A stretch of DNA of 64,000 bases from an uncultured Syntrophobacteraceae bacterium (GCA_964441945.1 CAYTWB010000002.1:51213-115212), one strand, 5' to 3'; shown: positions 9,604-19,267, numbered from the stretch's first letter. Notes: generated by a model not told the origin, from the sequence alone. Numbers and translations: made by a program.

Positions 9604-10065
9604 TCAAGACGGCTGTTGCTCGATGAGTGTTCGAAGTACATCCTCTTTCCCGATAATACCCACCAGGTTGGTTTGCTCCTGAACAGGCAGAGTATGAAAG
9701 CCCCTGGTTACCATCAACGTAGCGATCTCTTCCAGGCTCGTCTCCGGGCTCACGGTCACGGGATTGGTGCTCATCGCCTCCGAAACGGTTGCAGCGGCAA
9801 TCTTGCGCACCTCCTTTTCATAGCTCTTGGGCGAAACCAAGGGGATCAGGCCATCCAAAAGGTTGAAGAAGGATGGAAGAGGCAGTGTCTTCTGTTGAGC
9901 CACCAGATCGCTTTGGCAGATGATCCCCACCAGATTGCCGTTTTCATCCACAACCGGCAGTCCGTTGATGTGGTTGTCGAGCAGGACCTTCGCGGCATCC
10001 GTAATACGGGTTTCAGGCGATACCGTGATCAACTCCCTTTTCATGATATCCTTTGCCTTGAGCAT
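9604..10065 (-). CDS. CBS-domain pair protein
   Basis: ATG 10065 gives MLKAKDIMKRELITVSPET…, followed by two CBS repeats (…GLPVVDENGNLVGIICQSDL… and …AMSTNPVTVSPETSLEEIATLM…LPVQEQTNLVGIIGKEDV). It lies 57 nt upstream of acs on the same strand. Confidence 0.85.
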   Translation of the reverse strand: MLKAKDIMKRELITVSPETRITDAAKVLLDNHINGLPVVDENGNLVGIICQSDLVAQQKTLPLPSFFNLLDGLIPLVSPKSYEKEVRKIAAATVSEAMSTNPVTVSPETSLEEIATLMVTRGFHTLPVQEQTNLVGIIGKEDVLRTLIEQQPS

Positions 10066-10647
10066 GACTGAACTCCTTTGTGAGAAATCGAGGAGTAGAG
10101 ACCTGGACCGTGTCCATGCTCCCCTGCCGCCCATTGTCTTGAGGGCGGCGAACGGATGAGTGCGGATAACCCGGTTTTCTTTCCGGAAGACATCGCAGAG
10201 AGTGTACCCCTCTTTCAGCGATGTTTCCGTTTGTCCACTTTCATTTATACACCATGTCCACGGGGACGGCAAAAACTGTTGGCGGTTGAGTCAACCCTTG
10301 TACCGTTATAGCAAACCGGCGGTCCTCCGTGCCGGTAATGCCTTTGCTTGCCGCACAACGCAACCGTGCGGGAACACCGCTTGATCAACATCCAAACCGC
10401 AATATGCCGAATAATCCGTTTCCATGGAGCGTCCCCGTGCGGTAGAATGGGGACAGTTGCCCGGCAATGGCGGCAGCTCAGCGCGGATTCGTTATTCCTG
10501 CACGAGGTCCAAAGGGGATAATGTAGAGGGCGGAGAGCCTGTGGAGGTTTTTTTGAGGGGCCTTCCCTCGGGTCCTGTGGGGACATGATTATTAGACGGG
10601 TTGAGCTTCCGGACTCGATCCGGGCAGCCCATAGGGAGTATGGAGTG

Positions 10648-12150
10648 ATGAAAATTGATGAATTCCCGCCGGAGATGCAGCCTTATGTGATTCCCAAACA
10701 GGGCGGCAGATATGTCTATCAATGCATCCACTGCAGGGGAACCTATGGAATAGAGAAACTGCTTTATGTTTGCCCGGAGTGCAAGAGTGTGCTCATGATC
10801 AAAGACGAGGTATGGGAGCGCCTGCGATCCATTCCCGGCCCGTTGTGGCGAAGGATTTTCGACTATCGCAGAATGCTTAACCTGCCGGCAATCAAGGGGA
10901 TCTATCGCTACCATGAACTCATTGGCTCGGTCATTCCCCTGGAAACCGTCATCTACCTCGGGGAGGGTCACACCCCGGTTGTGGCCGCGAATGAAAACCT
11001 TGCCCGCTGGGCCGGCATACCGTTTTATTTCAAGAACGACGGTCAAAACCCCAGCGCATCCTTCAAAGACCGTGGTATGGCGAGTGCCTTCAGCTATCTC
11101 AACACCCTGATCAAGAACCACGGCCTCTCGGATGTTCTGGCGATTTGTGCTTCAACGGGGGATACTTCCGCTGCAGCGGCGCTGTATGCTTCCTATCTGC
11201 CCGGAGGGGTGAAGTCGGCCGTGCTTCTGCCTCACGGCAAAGTCACTCCGCAACAACTGGGGCAGCCCCTTGGCAGCGGGGCCAAGGTGATAGAGATTCC
11301 CGGTGTATTCGATGATTGTATGAAGGTTGTGGAATACCTTTCGGAAAACTTTGTCGTGGCGTTGATGAATTCGAAGAACGCATGGCGCATCCTGGGGCAG
11401 GAATCGTACAGCTACGAAATTGCTCAGGCATTTGATTTCGATGTGAGCGACCTTGTTGTGGTGTTGCCGATCGGGAATGCCGGAAACATAACGGCCGTTA
11501 TCCAGGGCTTCTTGAAGCTTCATGACCTGGGAATCATCACAGCACTGCCGATGATCATCGGAGTTCAGTCCGAGCACGCGAATCCGGTTTTTCTTTACTA
11601 TCTTGAACCCTTGACGCGGCTTCGGCAATTTCGTCCGGTGCTCGTGCGGCCGAGTGTGGCCCAGGCGGCGATGATCGGAAACCCGGTTTCCATGCCGCGG
11701 GTCATTCACCTGGTAGAGCAATATCGCGAGCTGGCTGGAGCGGATGCCGTCCAGGTGGTTGAGGTGAGCGAACAGGAGATCATGGACGGCATGCTCTCGG
11801 CCAATCGCAATGGCCATATTGCCTGCACTCAGGGGGGTGAGTCCCTTGCCGGCATTCGGCGAGCCGTTCAGGAGAAAAAGGTGCCCGAAGATCGAGTGGC
11901 CGTCCTGGATGCGACGGCACACGCCCTCAAGTTTGCGACTTTTCAAGAAAAGTATTTCAGCGACAACTTCGAACCGGAATTCGAGGTTGCGCCTAGACCG
12001 GAACTCCGAAACGCCCCCCACTTGATTGTTCCCCCTGATGATGTGCCGGCACCGGGTCGAGGGGAGCAGCTTCAGGCTGAGGCGTTTCAAAGATTCGTTG
12101 CATTTGCCGCCGATGCGATAGCGGACATGCTTGAGCTGAAGCGCCACTAA
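10648..12150 (+). CDS. thrC: Threonine synthase (long form with N-terminal Cys4 zinc ribbon)
   Basis: Contains the PLP motif NPSASFKDRG and GNAGN. The N-terminal zinc ribbon reads CIHCRG…CPEC. ATG 10648 has a GGAG 8 nt upstream; the in-frame ATG at 10585 is an alternative start. Confidence 0.85.
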   Translation: MKIDEFPPEMQPYVIPKQGGRYVYQCIHCRGTYGIEKLLYVCPECKSVLMIKDEVWERLRSIPGPLWRRIFDYRRMLNLPAIKGIYRYHELIGSVIPLETVIYLGEGHTPVVAANENLARWAGIPFYFKNDGQNPSASFKDRGMASAFSYLNTLIKNHGLSDVLAICASTGDTSAAAALYASYLPGGVKSAVLLPHGKVTPQQLGQPLGSGAKVIEIPGVFDDCMKVVEYLSENFVVALMNSKNAWRILGQESYSYEIAQAFDFDVSDLVVVLPIGNAGNITAVIQGFLKLHDLGIITALPMIIGVQSEHANPVFLYYLEPLTRLRQFRPVLVRPSVAQAAMIGNPVSMPRVIHLVEQYRELAGADAVQVVEVSEQEIMDGMLSANRNGHIACTQGGESLAGIRRAVQEKKVPEDRVAVLDATAHALKFATFQEKYFSDNFEPEFEVAPRPELRNAPHLIVPPDDVPAPGRGEQLQAEAFQRFVAFAADAIADMLELKRH

Positions 12151-12209
12151 TCCCTGTGGCCCGACTGGCGCGGTTCGTTCTATCTTGGGAGATGACAGGA
12201 GAAGAGACA

Positions 12210-12767
12210 ATGGCCAATATCTTGCCGTACAACAATATTCATCCGAAGCTTGAAGAGGAGGTGTTCATTGCCCCGGGAGCCTGGGTCATCGGGGATGTGG
12301 TGATCGGAAAGCGGAGCAGCGTCTGGTTCAACAGCGTGGTCCGGGGCGATGAGCACTATATCCGGATCGGCTGTGAGACCAATGTTCAGGACAGCGCTGT
12401 CCTGCACGGCACACCGGTCGACTTTCCCCTTGAAATCGGTGATCGCGTCACCATTGGTCATGGGGCGATCGTTCACGGCTGCATTGTCGAAGATGAATGT
12501 ATGATCGGTATGGGCGCTATCGTCATGGACGGGGCGAAGATCGGGAAGGGGTCACTGGTTGCGGCCGGGGCCCTGGTCACTCCGGGTTTCGTGATCCCGC
12601 CGGGGTCACTGGTCATGGGCTCTCCGGGAAAGATCATCAAGACTCTCGACGAGGCGGAACAGAAACGCATGCTGCGAAGTGTCGGCAATTATCAAATTCT
12701 CATCTCCGAATACCGCAAAGTGTTCCCATTTCCGGAAGACATAAAAGTGAAAGGCTTTCTGGGGTAG
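12210..12767 (+). CDS. Gamma-class carbonic anhydrase family / left-handed beta-helix (hexapeptide) protein
   Basis: MANILPYNNIHPKLEEEVFIAPGAWVIGDVVIGKRSSVWFNSVVRGD…IGCETNVQDSAVLH is a YrdA/PaaY-like pattern with the conserved His residues. Confidence 0.85.
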   Translation: MANILPYNNIHPKLEEEVFIAPGAWVIGDVVIGKRSSVWFNSVVRGDEHYIRIGCETNVQDSAVLHGTPVDFPLEIGDRVTIGHGAIVHGCIVEDECMIGMGAIVMDGAKIGKGSLVAAGALVTPGFVIPPGSLVMGSPGKIIKTLDEAEQKRMLRSVGNYQILISEYRKVFPFPEDIKVKGFLG

Positions 12768-12951
12768 CGGTAACTCTGAAGTGACGAGGCTTGTGCCGCC
12801 CGGGGCGCTTCCACGGTAGTCTATGCTTTTTGTCGATATTTCAACGAAAAATGGACTTGTCCGTCTCCAAATACTTCCAAGTGTCTGAAATAAAGTCCAT
12901 TTTATGTGATAATGATATATCGGCAATTCAGAACTGAGCAGGTTGCACCAA

Positions 12952-13989
12952 ATGGATGACAACAGAGAAACGAGAATGCAGGCGAGCCGATATGCCCGGC
13001 AGGAGGTCCTTCCGGAAATCGGCAAAGAGGGCCAGCAGAGGCTTGGCGCGAGTTCGGTTTTGATTGTCGGCTGCGGTGCCCTGGGCTGTATGCAGGCAGA
13101 GCTTCTGGCACGGGCCGGGGTGGGGAGGATGCATATTGTCGACCGGGACCTTGTGGAACTGACCAACCTCCACCGCCAGATCGCCTTCACCGAGCAGGAT
13201 GCCTTTTCCAGGGCATCTAAAGCCGAAGCGGCGGCCAAACGACTTCGAAGCATCAACTCGTCGATCGTGATCAAGGCGGATGCAGTCGATGTGACCCCTC
13301 GCAATGTCGAATCACTCATCCAGGATGTGGATGCAGTGGTGGACGCTACGGACAATTTCGAGACGCGCTATCTTCTCAATGATGCCTGCATAAAGCACGA
13401 AAAACCCTGGGTTTATGGCGGGGTGATCGGAACGGAAGGGGTTACCCTGTTGGTCCTGCCGGGCAAAGGGCCTTGCCTGAGGTGCCTGATGCCGGTTCCA
13501 CCCGAGCCCGGGAGTTTCCCCACTTGTGACACGAGCGGGGTGCTGAATGCCACCGCTGCGATCATCGCATCATGGCAGGCCACGGCCGTTCTCCGGCTCC
13601 TGGTGGGTTCGCCTCCGCCCGAACAGCGCCTGGTTTCCATCAATCCCTGGGACGGCACATTCAACTCATTCAAAGTGGAAAAAGCGGAGGGCTGTTCCTG
13701 CTGCGGTTTGAGGGGTTTTGAGTTTCTGAAGGCCCAAAGGACTACGTGGACGACCGTTCTTTGTGGTCGCAATTCGGTGCAGGTGACGCCGCCGGCGGCC
13801 TCACTGGATCTGAAAGCGCTCAGCGCGCGGTTGGAACAGGCGGGGCGAGTTGTGCAAAGCGGCCTGGTGCTGCGTTTTCAAACCGATGATGCGGAAATGG
13901 TCGTTTTCGCGGATGGCAGGGCCATCGTCATGGGTACAACCGACGAAACAAAAGCGAGAAGCCTTTATGCCCGGTATCTGGGCCCCTGA
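12952..13989 (+). CDS. thiF: ThiF/MoeB-family adenylyltransferase (E1-like) with a C-terminal extension
   Basis: RYARQ..L..IG..GQ..L…VLIVGCGALG…DRD.VELTNLHRQ, plus the CxxC pairs (CLRC, CSCC). The track start 12943 is TTG; the first ATG is at 12952. Confidence 0.8.
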   Translation: MDDNRETRMQASRYARQEVLPEIGKEGQQRLGASSVLIVGCGALGCMQAELLARAGVGRMHIVDRDLVELTNLHRQIAFTEQDAFSRASKAEAAAKRLRSINSSIVIKADAVDVTPRNVESLIQDVDAVVDATDNFETRYLLNDACIKHEKPWVYGGVIGTEGVTLLVLPGKGPCLRCLMPVPPEPGSFPTCDTSGVLNATAAIIASWQATAVLRLLVGSPPPEQRLVSINPWDGTFNSFKVEKAEGCSCCGLRGFEFLKAQRTTWTTVLCGRNSVQVTPPAASLDLKALSARLEQAGRVVQSGLVLRFQTDDAEMVVFADGRAIVMGTTDETKARSLYARYLGP

Positions 13990-14207
13990 CCTGCCGGCGG
14001 ATGGAAGCGTAGTGCCGCCGGGCAGGGTCTTGTCGGCATTCAGGATGGTCCGCCGGAGGATAGGGTCAAACGACCGTCCTTCCGGCGGAATCAGCCGGTA
14101 GCACCAATGCGTCGAGGCTACGGATTCCTGCCGATGCAAGGGAAAGAGCAGGATCAGCGGAGGACCCTTCGCCGTGACGGACAACAAGAGCCTCGAATGC
14201 AGTCTTT

Positions 14208-15062
14208 TCATGGCGATCCTTCTCCGAAACCACTGGCGATGAATTCCCTTGTCACCTTCTCCTCCGGTTGCTCAAAAACGACCCTGGCAGGACCATGCTC
14301 AATCACTTCCCCGAAATAGAGAAAGATAACATAGTCGGCCAGTCGCATCGCCTGTTGAAGAGAGTGAGTCACCAGGATGATCGAGAAGTTCTGCTTGAGG
14401 CGCTGAAACTGCTCCTCGATGAGTCGAGCTGAAGTGGGATCGAGCGCCGATGTGGGTTCATCAGCAAGAATCACGTCCGGTCCGACGGCGATGGCTCTCG
14501 CCAGGGCCAGCCGCTGCTGCTGGCCGACGGAGAGACGATTTGCCGGATGATGCAGTCGATCCTTGACTTCACCCCACAGACCAGCCAGGCGGAGATAGTA
14601 CTCAACAAAGTGGTCATACTTGCCGTTCTTGTTTTTGTTCGAGTTGAACGGCGCCGATCCATTCTCGGGCAGGGGACAGTGTTTCTGAACCTCGGCCAGC
14701 TGAGACTGGATCGCGCTGCTGTCGGTCCGATGGATCCTGGGCCCATAAGTGACATTGTTGTAGATGGACATGGGAAGGGGATAGGGTTTTTGTGACAGGA
14801 ACCCGATCTTCTTCCTGAGAGAAAGCAGGTCCGCTTTCGAGTCATAGATGTCCACATTGTCTATGAGCACTTTCCCTCGAACGGTTATCTCATCATTCAG
14901 TTCGATCAGCCGGTTGATGCTCTTAAGCAGGGTTGTCTTTCCACAGCCCGATGGGCCTATGATCGCCGTAGTCCCTCCGTCAGGAATATCCACCGTAATA
15001 TTCTTGAGAGCATGATGGCTACCGTATTCGACATTAAGATTCCTGATACTGATGTGGGTCAT
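14208..15062 (-). CDS. pstB: Phosphate ABC transporter ATP-binding protein PstB (with a ~30-aa internal insertion)
   Basis: Walker A GPSGCGKTT, Q-loop QKPYPLPMSIY, Walker B ILADEPTSALD, H-loop VTHS. The signature motif reads LSVGQQQRL instead of LSGGQ. Extra residues lie between MSIY and LW.EVKDRL relative to E. coli PstB as I recall it. Confidence 0.9.
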   Translation of the reverse strand: MTHISIRNLNVEYGSHHALKNITVDIPDGGTTAIIGPSGCGKTTLLKSINRLIELNDEITVRGKVLIDNVDIYDSKADLLSLRKKIGFLSQKPYPLPMSIYNNVTYGPRIHRTDSSAIQSQLAEVQKHCPLPENGSAPFNSNKNKNGKYDHFVEYYLRLAGLWGEVKDRLHHPANRLSVGQQQRLALARAIAVGPDVILADEPTSALDPTSARLIEEQFQRLKQNFSIILVTHSLQQAMRLADYVIFLYFGEVIEHGPARVVFEQPEEKVTREFIASGFGEGSP

Positions 15063-15069
15063 GGCCGAT

Positions 15070-15918
15070 TCACCTCACAATATGCTTGCTAAGTCCCCTG
15101 GCCAGCCACCTGGATATCAGGCTGACCAAAAGGACAATCACCAGTAAAACCACCGCAGCGGCATATGCCCGCTCTTGAACCTCGACAAAGGGGGTCGCCA
15201 GTTGAAAGAAAATGGCCAGGGGAAGAGACGCCACCGGATCGGAAAGGGAGGTTGGCAAACGGTCGGTGTAGCCGGCTGTGAAAAGAACAGAGGCGGCGTC
15301 GCCGATACCCCGGCCGAAAGCGAGGAGTACTGCGGTGAAAATCCCCGGAAGTGCCTGTTTCAGCACTACTCTAATTGTTGTTTCCAAACGAGTTGCTCCC
15401 AGCGCAAATGATACCTCCTTGAGCTCTCTTGGGACCATGCTGATGACTTCCTCCATCGGTCTTGTCATAATTGGAAGAACGAGGAGGGTGAGAGCGATGA
15501 TCCCGCCAAGCAAAGAAACGCGCACCCCGAAATAAAGCATGATCACAAACCCAAATGCGCCGTAGACTATGGACGGTATTCCCCACAGCACATCGAGACC
15601 CAGCCTGATGAAGCGGGTAAAGGTCGGCCCGGAATACTCTCGCTGCAGGGCCAGGGCAATCGGAAGACTCAGGACGAAGGCTAGAAGCGTCGACCCCAGG
15701 CCAAGGTACAGCGATCCGACAATGGCATTGAATATCCCGCCTTCTTTCCCCAAGTAATATCCACCCCTCGGAACTTGAGTCAGCATCGACAGAGTGAGCG
15801 AGGGGGCGCCGCGATACACGATCACGGCAATGATCATGATCAGGCTCAAAATAACCGCGGCAAGAGAGCTGATCATGAGGACCTTGAACAGGGATTCCAG
15901 CAGCTTCCTTCTATGCAT
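15070..15918 (-). CDS. pstA: Phosphate ABC transporter permease PstA
   Basis: Multi-TM permease carrying the EAA-like loop (…ALGATRLETTIRVVLKQALPGI…). ATG 15918 follows a GGGAGG SD and overlaps the pstC stop by 8 nt. Confidence 0.9.
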   Translation of the reverse strand: MHRRKLLESLFKVLMISSLAAVILSLIMIIAVIVYRGAPSLTLSMLTQVPRGGYYLGKEGGIFNAIVGSLYLGLGSTLLAFVLSLPIALALQREYSGPTFTRFIRLGLDVLWGIPSIVYGAFGFVIMLYFGVRVSLLGGIIALTLLVLPIMTRPMEEVISMVPRELKEVSFALGATRLETTIRVVLKQALPGIFTAVLLAFGRGIGDAASVLFTAGYTDRLPTSLSDPVASLPLAIFFQLATPFVEVQERAYAAAVVLLVIVLLVSLISRWLARGLSKHIVR

Positions 15919-16804
15919 GTTGGCCTCCCGTCTGGAGCCTGAACAGGGCAACATGGGCTATCACATTGAAGATCCCCACGACCACAAGAAGAAACAATGC
16001 GGCCAGCATCAGGGCGGAATCATAAAGCGGGATCGACATCATTTCCCCGTAGTTGTTGGCGATAAGCGCCGGGAGCGGATATGCGGGTGAAAAGAGAGAA
16101 TTCGGTACCCTCGCCACGTTCCCCACAACCATCAACACGGCCATGGTTTCTCCGAAGGCCCGTGAAAACCCGAGCACTATCGCTGCGATAATGCCGCGCA
16201 ACGCGGTTTTTAGAACCACGTGGACCGTGGTCTCCCACCTTGTTGCTCCCAGGGCCAGGGAGGTTTCCCGCAATTCCATCGGCACCGCCCTCAGGACCTC
16301 CGTTATCACAGAGATGATGATCGGAAAAACCATGATCGACAGGATAATGCCTCCGGCCAGCAGGCTGTACCCCGTTGTCGCTTTTCCCAGCCAGCTGCCC
16401 ACGATCCTGACCAGAGGCACAATGACAATGACTCCCCAGAGCCCGTAGATCACAGGGGGAATTCCGGCCAGCAAATCGATGACCGGACTGACGAACTCGC
16501 GAACGTTCCGCGGGGCATATTCAGACAGGAAAATCGCGCTTAAGAGACAGATCGGGATGGCAAACAACATGGCGATCGCTGTCACCTCAAGCGTGCTGAC
16601 GATAAATGGAAACAGCCCGAACTTGCCGTTCATGGGGTTCCAGGCGGATGAAAAAAGGACCTGCGAAAGGGCCTTGTCCGCCAGGAGCGGTTTCGACTTG
16701 AGGAAAAGCCCAACCACCATGATCAGGATCAGGACACTCGACGAAACAGCCAGTAGCCTGACCACCAGTGCGGCAAATCTGTCTTTGAAATAGCGCTCCA
16801 TCAT
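15911..16804 (-). CDS. pstC: Phosphate ABC transporter permease PstC
   Basis: Multi-TM permease with …SLALGATRWETTVHVVLKTALRGI…. Its start overlaps the pstS stop by 4 nt (ATGA). Confidence 0.9.
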   Translation of the reverse strand: MMERYFKDRFAALVVRLLAVSSSVLILIMVVGLFLKSKPLLADKALSQVLFSSAWNPMNGKFGLFPFIVSTLEVTAIAMLFAIPICLLSAIFLSEYAPRNVREFVSPVIDLLAGIPPVIYGLWGVIVIVPLVRIVGSWLGKATTGYSLLAGGIILSIMVFPIIISVITEVLRAVPMELRETSLALGATRWETTVHVVLKTALRGIIAAIVLGFSRAFGETMAVLMVVGNVARVPNSLFSPAYPLPALIANNYGEMMSIPLYDSALMLAALFLLVVVGIFNVIAHVALFRLQTGGQHA

Positions 16805-17781
16805 TTTGCCAGTTTCTCTAAAGCGTTATCAATTTGCTTGGCCGACAGCTGGATGTAGCCGGCTTCGTCGACAAACTTCTGGCCGTCGGTCAGGATCCAT
16901 TTCACAAATTCCTTCGAAACACCCTTGAAGCTGTCCTTGGTCAACAAATAGAGATCGCGTGCAGGGGGTGAAGGATAGACCCCGGCCATGATAGAATCGA
17001 TGGCCTTCTTCTTCGTTTGCAGGTCCTCCTCGGGATCAATCTTGCCGTTTTCGTTGACGTCGATGGGAACCACGAACAGCCCGGCATTGGGAAGACCCGT
17101 CTTGGTGTCGAAAGCGTAGTTGAGATTGTTGTAACCGATTCCCAGAACATCCTTCCTTACGGCTTCAGCCAGTCCCGGGTCGCCGTAGACCCCAACTCCC
17201 TTCAGGTCTTCCTGGTTCTTGTTGCCCAGATATTTTGCCCAGGTTTCTGACGCCCCACAGGCATCGGACCGGGTGTAGACCTGCACCTTGTCCTTGACGT
17301 CGCATCCGGCGATATCACCCCATGTGACTGCCTTTTCATCGATCCATAGATCGATAGAGTCCTGCTTCTTCATGCCTTTCTCAGCCAGGCCCTTTCGGAG
17401 GGCCGGATTGCCCGCGTTAATGACCGGTACGACCGCATCCTTGACCACGGGGGCAAAGAAACCACCCTTTTGAATCTCCTCCGGCTTAATTTCCCGGGAA
17501 ACCATACCGAGATCCACTAGACCAGCCAGTGCATCGGCTGCGCCCTTGCCTGCACCGCCAGCCGAAATATCGATCCTGACGCCGGGATTGGCTTTTTCAA
17601 ACTCCTCCGCCCATTTGACGACCATGGGATAGAGGGCCCAGGCGCCGGAGATCCTTATCGTACCCTTCAGTTCAGGCTTCTTTTCCGTCGCCTTGTCCTG
17701 TGCCGCCACCGGACCGGACAATGCAATCGCAGCAACCAACACAACCACCAGACTTAGACCAACCAACCGCTTCCGCTTCAT
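16801..17781 (-). CDS. pstS: Phosphate-binding protein PstS (periplasmic)
   Basis: ATG 17781 follows a GGAGG and gives MKRKRLVGLSLVVVLVAAIALSGPVAA, a signal peptide. The PBP-like domain carries ISGAWALYP and SAGGAGKG. Confidence 0.85.
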   Translation of the reverse strand: MKRKRLVGLSLVVVLVAAIALSGPVAAQDKATEKKPELKGTIRISGAWALYPMVVKWAEEFEKANPGVRIDISAGGAGKGAADALAGLVDLGMVSREIKPEEIQKGGFFAPVVKDAVVPVINAGNPALRKGLAEKGMKKQDSIDLWIDEKAVTWGDIAGCDVKDKVQVYTRSDACGASETWAKYLGNKNQEDLKGVGVYGDPGLAEAVRKDVLGIGYNNLNYAFDTKTGLPNAGLFVVPIDVNENGKIDPEEDLQTKKKAIDSIMAGVYPSPPARDLYLLTKDSFKGVSKEFVKWILTDGQKFVDEAGYIQLSAKQIDNALEKLAK

Positions 17782-17993
17782 TTCCCTCAATCCTCCGTTC
17801 TCGATGATCTCATATTGCATAAACCGTTCCTCAAGACCCTCAAGCCTTGTGGTCCAACCTTAATGAATCAGGCTCGGGCCAATGACCGGTCCCCCCTCCA
17901 GCTGTCACCCTCTCAGCCCAAGAAAATGGCAATCACTTTGATTCTAATATGATTAATCCTATAGGAATTATAGTTTTATAGTTCAAAAAAAAT

Positions 17994-18395
17994 TCAAGCC
18001 ACATCGGCCACAGTCGTCTTCTCCATGATTTCGGCGATGTAGTCTCGCACCTCCCTCAGGACGGCAATCAGCTTCTTTTCTTTTTCAATGGGCGTGGAGT
18101 CATAGAAATACTTGCTGGCTGAGTCCGTTGGGGCCAGTGCCCCGTCAAAAAGCCGTACGATCTCGGCCAGCGAAATCTTTTCGGGTGGTTTCGCCAGGCA
18201 AAACCCCCCTTTTTTCCCCTTCGAACTATGCAGGTACTTGGCGAGTCTGAGTGTCAGCAGGATCTGTTCCAGAAACTTCGGAGGTATCCCCTGGGCCGCC
18301 GCAATAGTCTGCACCGAAACGTATTCATCCTTCTGACTTCGCGCCAGGTAAACCAAAGCCAGCAGAGCATATTCACTACGGCACGTCAGCCTCAT
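17994..18395 (-). CDS. Rrf2-family transcriptional regulator (no Cys cluster ligands evident)
   Basis: MRLTCRSEYALLALVYLAR… is an Rrf2 winged helix. It is the first gene on the strand upstream of pstSCAB. Confidence 0.85.
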   Translation of the reverse strand: MRLTCRSEYALLALVYLARSQKDEYVSVQTIAAAQGIPPKFLEQILLTLRLAKYLHSSKGKKGGFCLAKPPEKISLAEIVRLFDGALAPTDSASKYFYDSTPIEKEKKLIAVLREVRDYIAEIMEKTTVADVA

Positions 18396-18500
18396 CCTCT
18401 TCTCCCCAACCCTGATCTTAATAAAACATGACTTCTATTATAGGATAAAGAGTGAGATCGGTCAAGCTCGGAGGGGCCCTGCTGAATCCCTACTTTTTTC

Positions 18501-18539
18501 TTTACAATACGACGTAGTCTTATATATTCCGACGTCGGA
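18501..18539 (+). promoter_or_regulatory. Candidate sigma-70 promoter (TTTACA-16-TATATT) with an adjacent perfect 12-bp palindrome TCCGACGTCGGA (candidate TetR operator)
   Basis: -35 at 18501-18506, -10 at 18523-18528, palindrome at 18528-18539. It lies ~45 nt upstream of the tetR-RND operon start. Confidence 0.5.
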
Positions 18540-18580
18540 TTCATATTTTGGAAGAATATTGCAGTTGCGGAGGTGGAAGG

Positions 18581-19204
18581 ATGGAAGAGAAGAAGCTCCC
18601 AAGGCGGGAAAGACAGAAGATGGTGCAGCGCAAAGAGATGCTGGCCGCCGCACTTGAGCTCTTTTCAAAGAAGGGATACCGCAAAGTCTCTATGCACGAG
18701 ATCGCAGAGAAGGCCGAGTTTGCCATCGGTACGCTTTACAGATTCTTCCGGAACAAGGAGGACCTTTACAAGGCGCTTATCCTGGAGAAGTTCTACCTGT
18801 TCCACGAAGCGCTCACCAAAGCGATTGAAGAACCGGTTGATGAAGTTCAAAAACTGCGAAACTACGTCAGGGCTAAAGGCGAGGTTTTTCGTGCCAATCT
18901 CCCCATGATCCGTCTCTACTTTGCAGAGACCCATGGAGCACGCTTCAATGTCCTGGCCGGTTTCGATGCCGACATCCAGCAACGGCGACGCGAGTTCATG
19001 AAAAGCTTCGCCTCCGTCTTTGAGAGTGCGATGCAGGTCGGGCGTTTCAAGCGGGTCGCCGACCCATACCACCTGGCGGTCGCTCTCGACAGTATTACCA
19101 ACGCGTTTCTCTTAGTCTGGCTCGATGAGCCCGAGCTCCATCCCTACCCGGAAGACCCGGACACCGTTTTGAATATTCTCTTTAAAGGACTGCTTGATGA
19201 ATGA
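18581..19204 (+). CDS. TetR/AcrR-family transcriptional repressor
   Basis: ATG 18581 follows GGAGGTGGAAGG. The HTH reads …AALELFSKKGYRKVSMHEIAEKAEFAIGTLYRFFRNKEDLY. It sits immediately upstream of RND efflux genes. Confidence 0.9.
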   Translation: MEEKKLPRRERQKMVQRKEMLAAALELFSKKGYRKVSMHEIAEKAEFAIGTLYRFFRNKEDLYKALILEKFYLFHEALTKAIEEPVDEVQKLRNYVRAKGEVFRANLPMIRLYFAETHGARFNVLAGFDADIQQRRREFMKSFASVFESAMQVGRFKRVADPYHLAVALDSITNAFLLVWLDEPELHPYPEDPDTVLNILFKGLLDE

Positions 19205-19267
19205 CCTTGGATTCTGCTTCGTTCTACCCAACACGTTCATCTAAATCGGATACTCTGGAGGTTTCGG

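Noticed and set aside
10273-10647. Looked for a riboswitch or attenuator upstream of thrC (T-run at ~10540 and hairpins gtcccc…ggggac and gaggg…ccctc)
   Set aside because: The T-run is not preceded by a stable stem, and the hairpins are short (5-6 bp). There is no recognisable conserved aptamer core or Thr/Ile-rich leader ORF.
11152-12210. 352-aa minus-strand ORF opposite thrC
   Set aside because: It is the antisense of threonine synthase and has no motifs.
13801-14211. 136-aa minus ORF whose ATG overlaps the pstB stop (ATGA), with a signal-like N-terminus (MKRLHSRLLLSVTAKGPPLILLF)
   Set aside because: It is tempting as a translationally coupled small gene in the position where phoU usually sits. 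However, it has no stop until it has run ~190 nt antisense into the conserved 3' end of thiF, and its sequence is low-complexity. A very short real peptide cannot be excluded, but it is unsupported.
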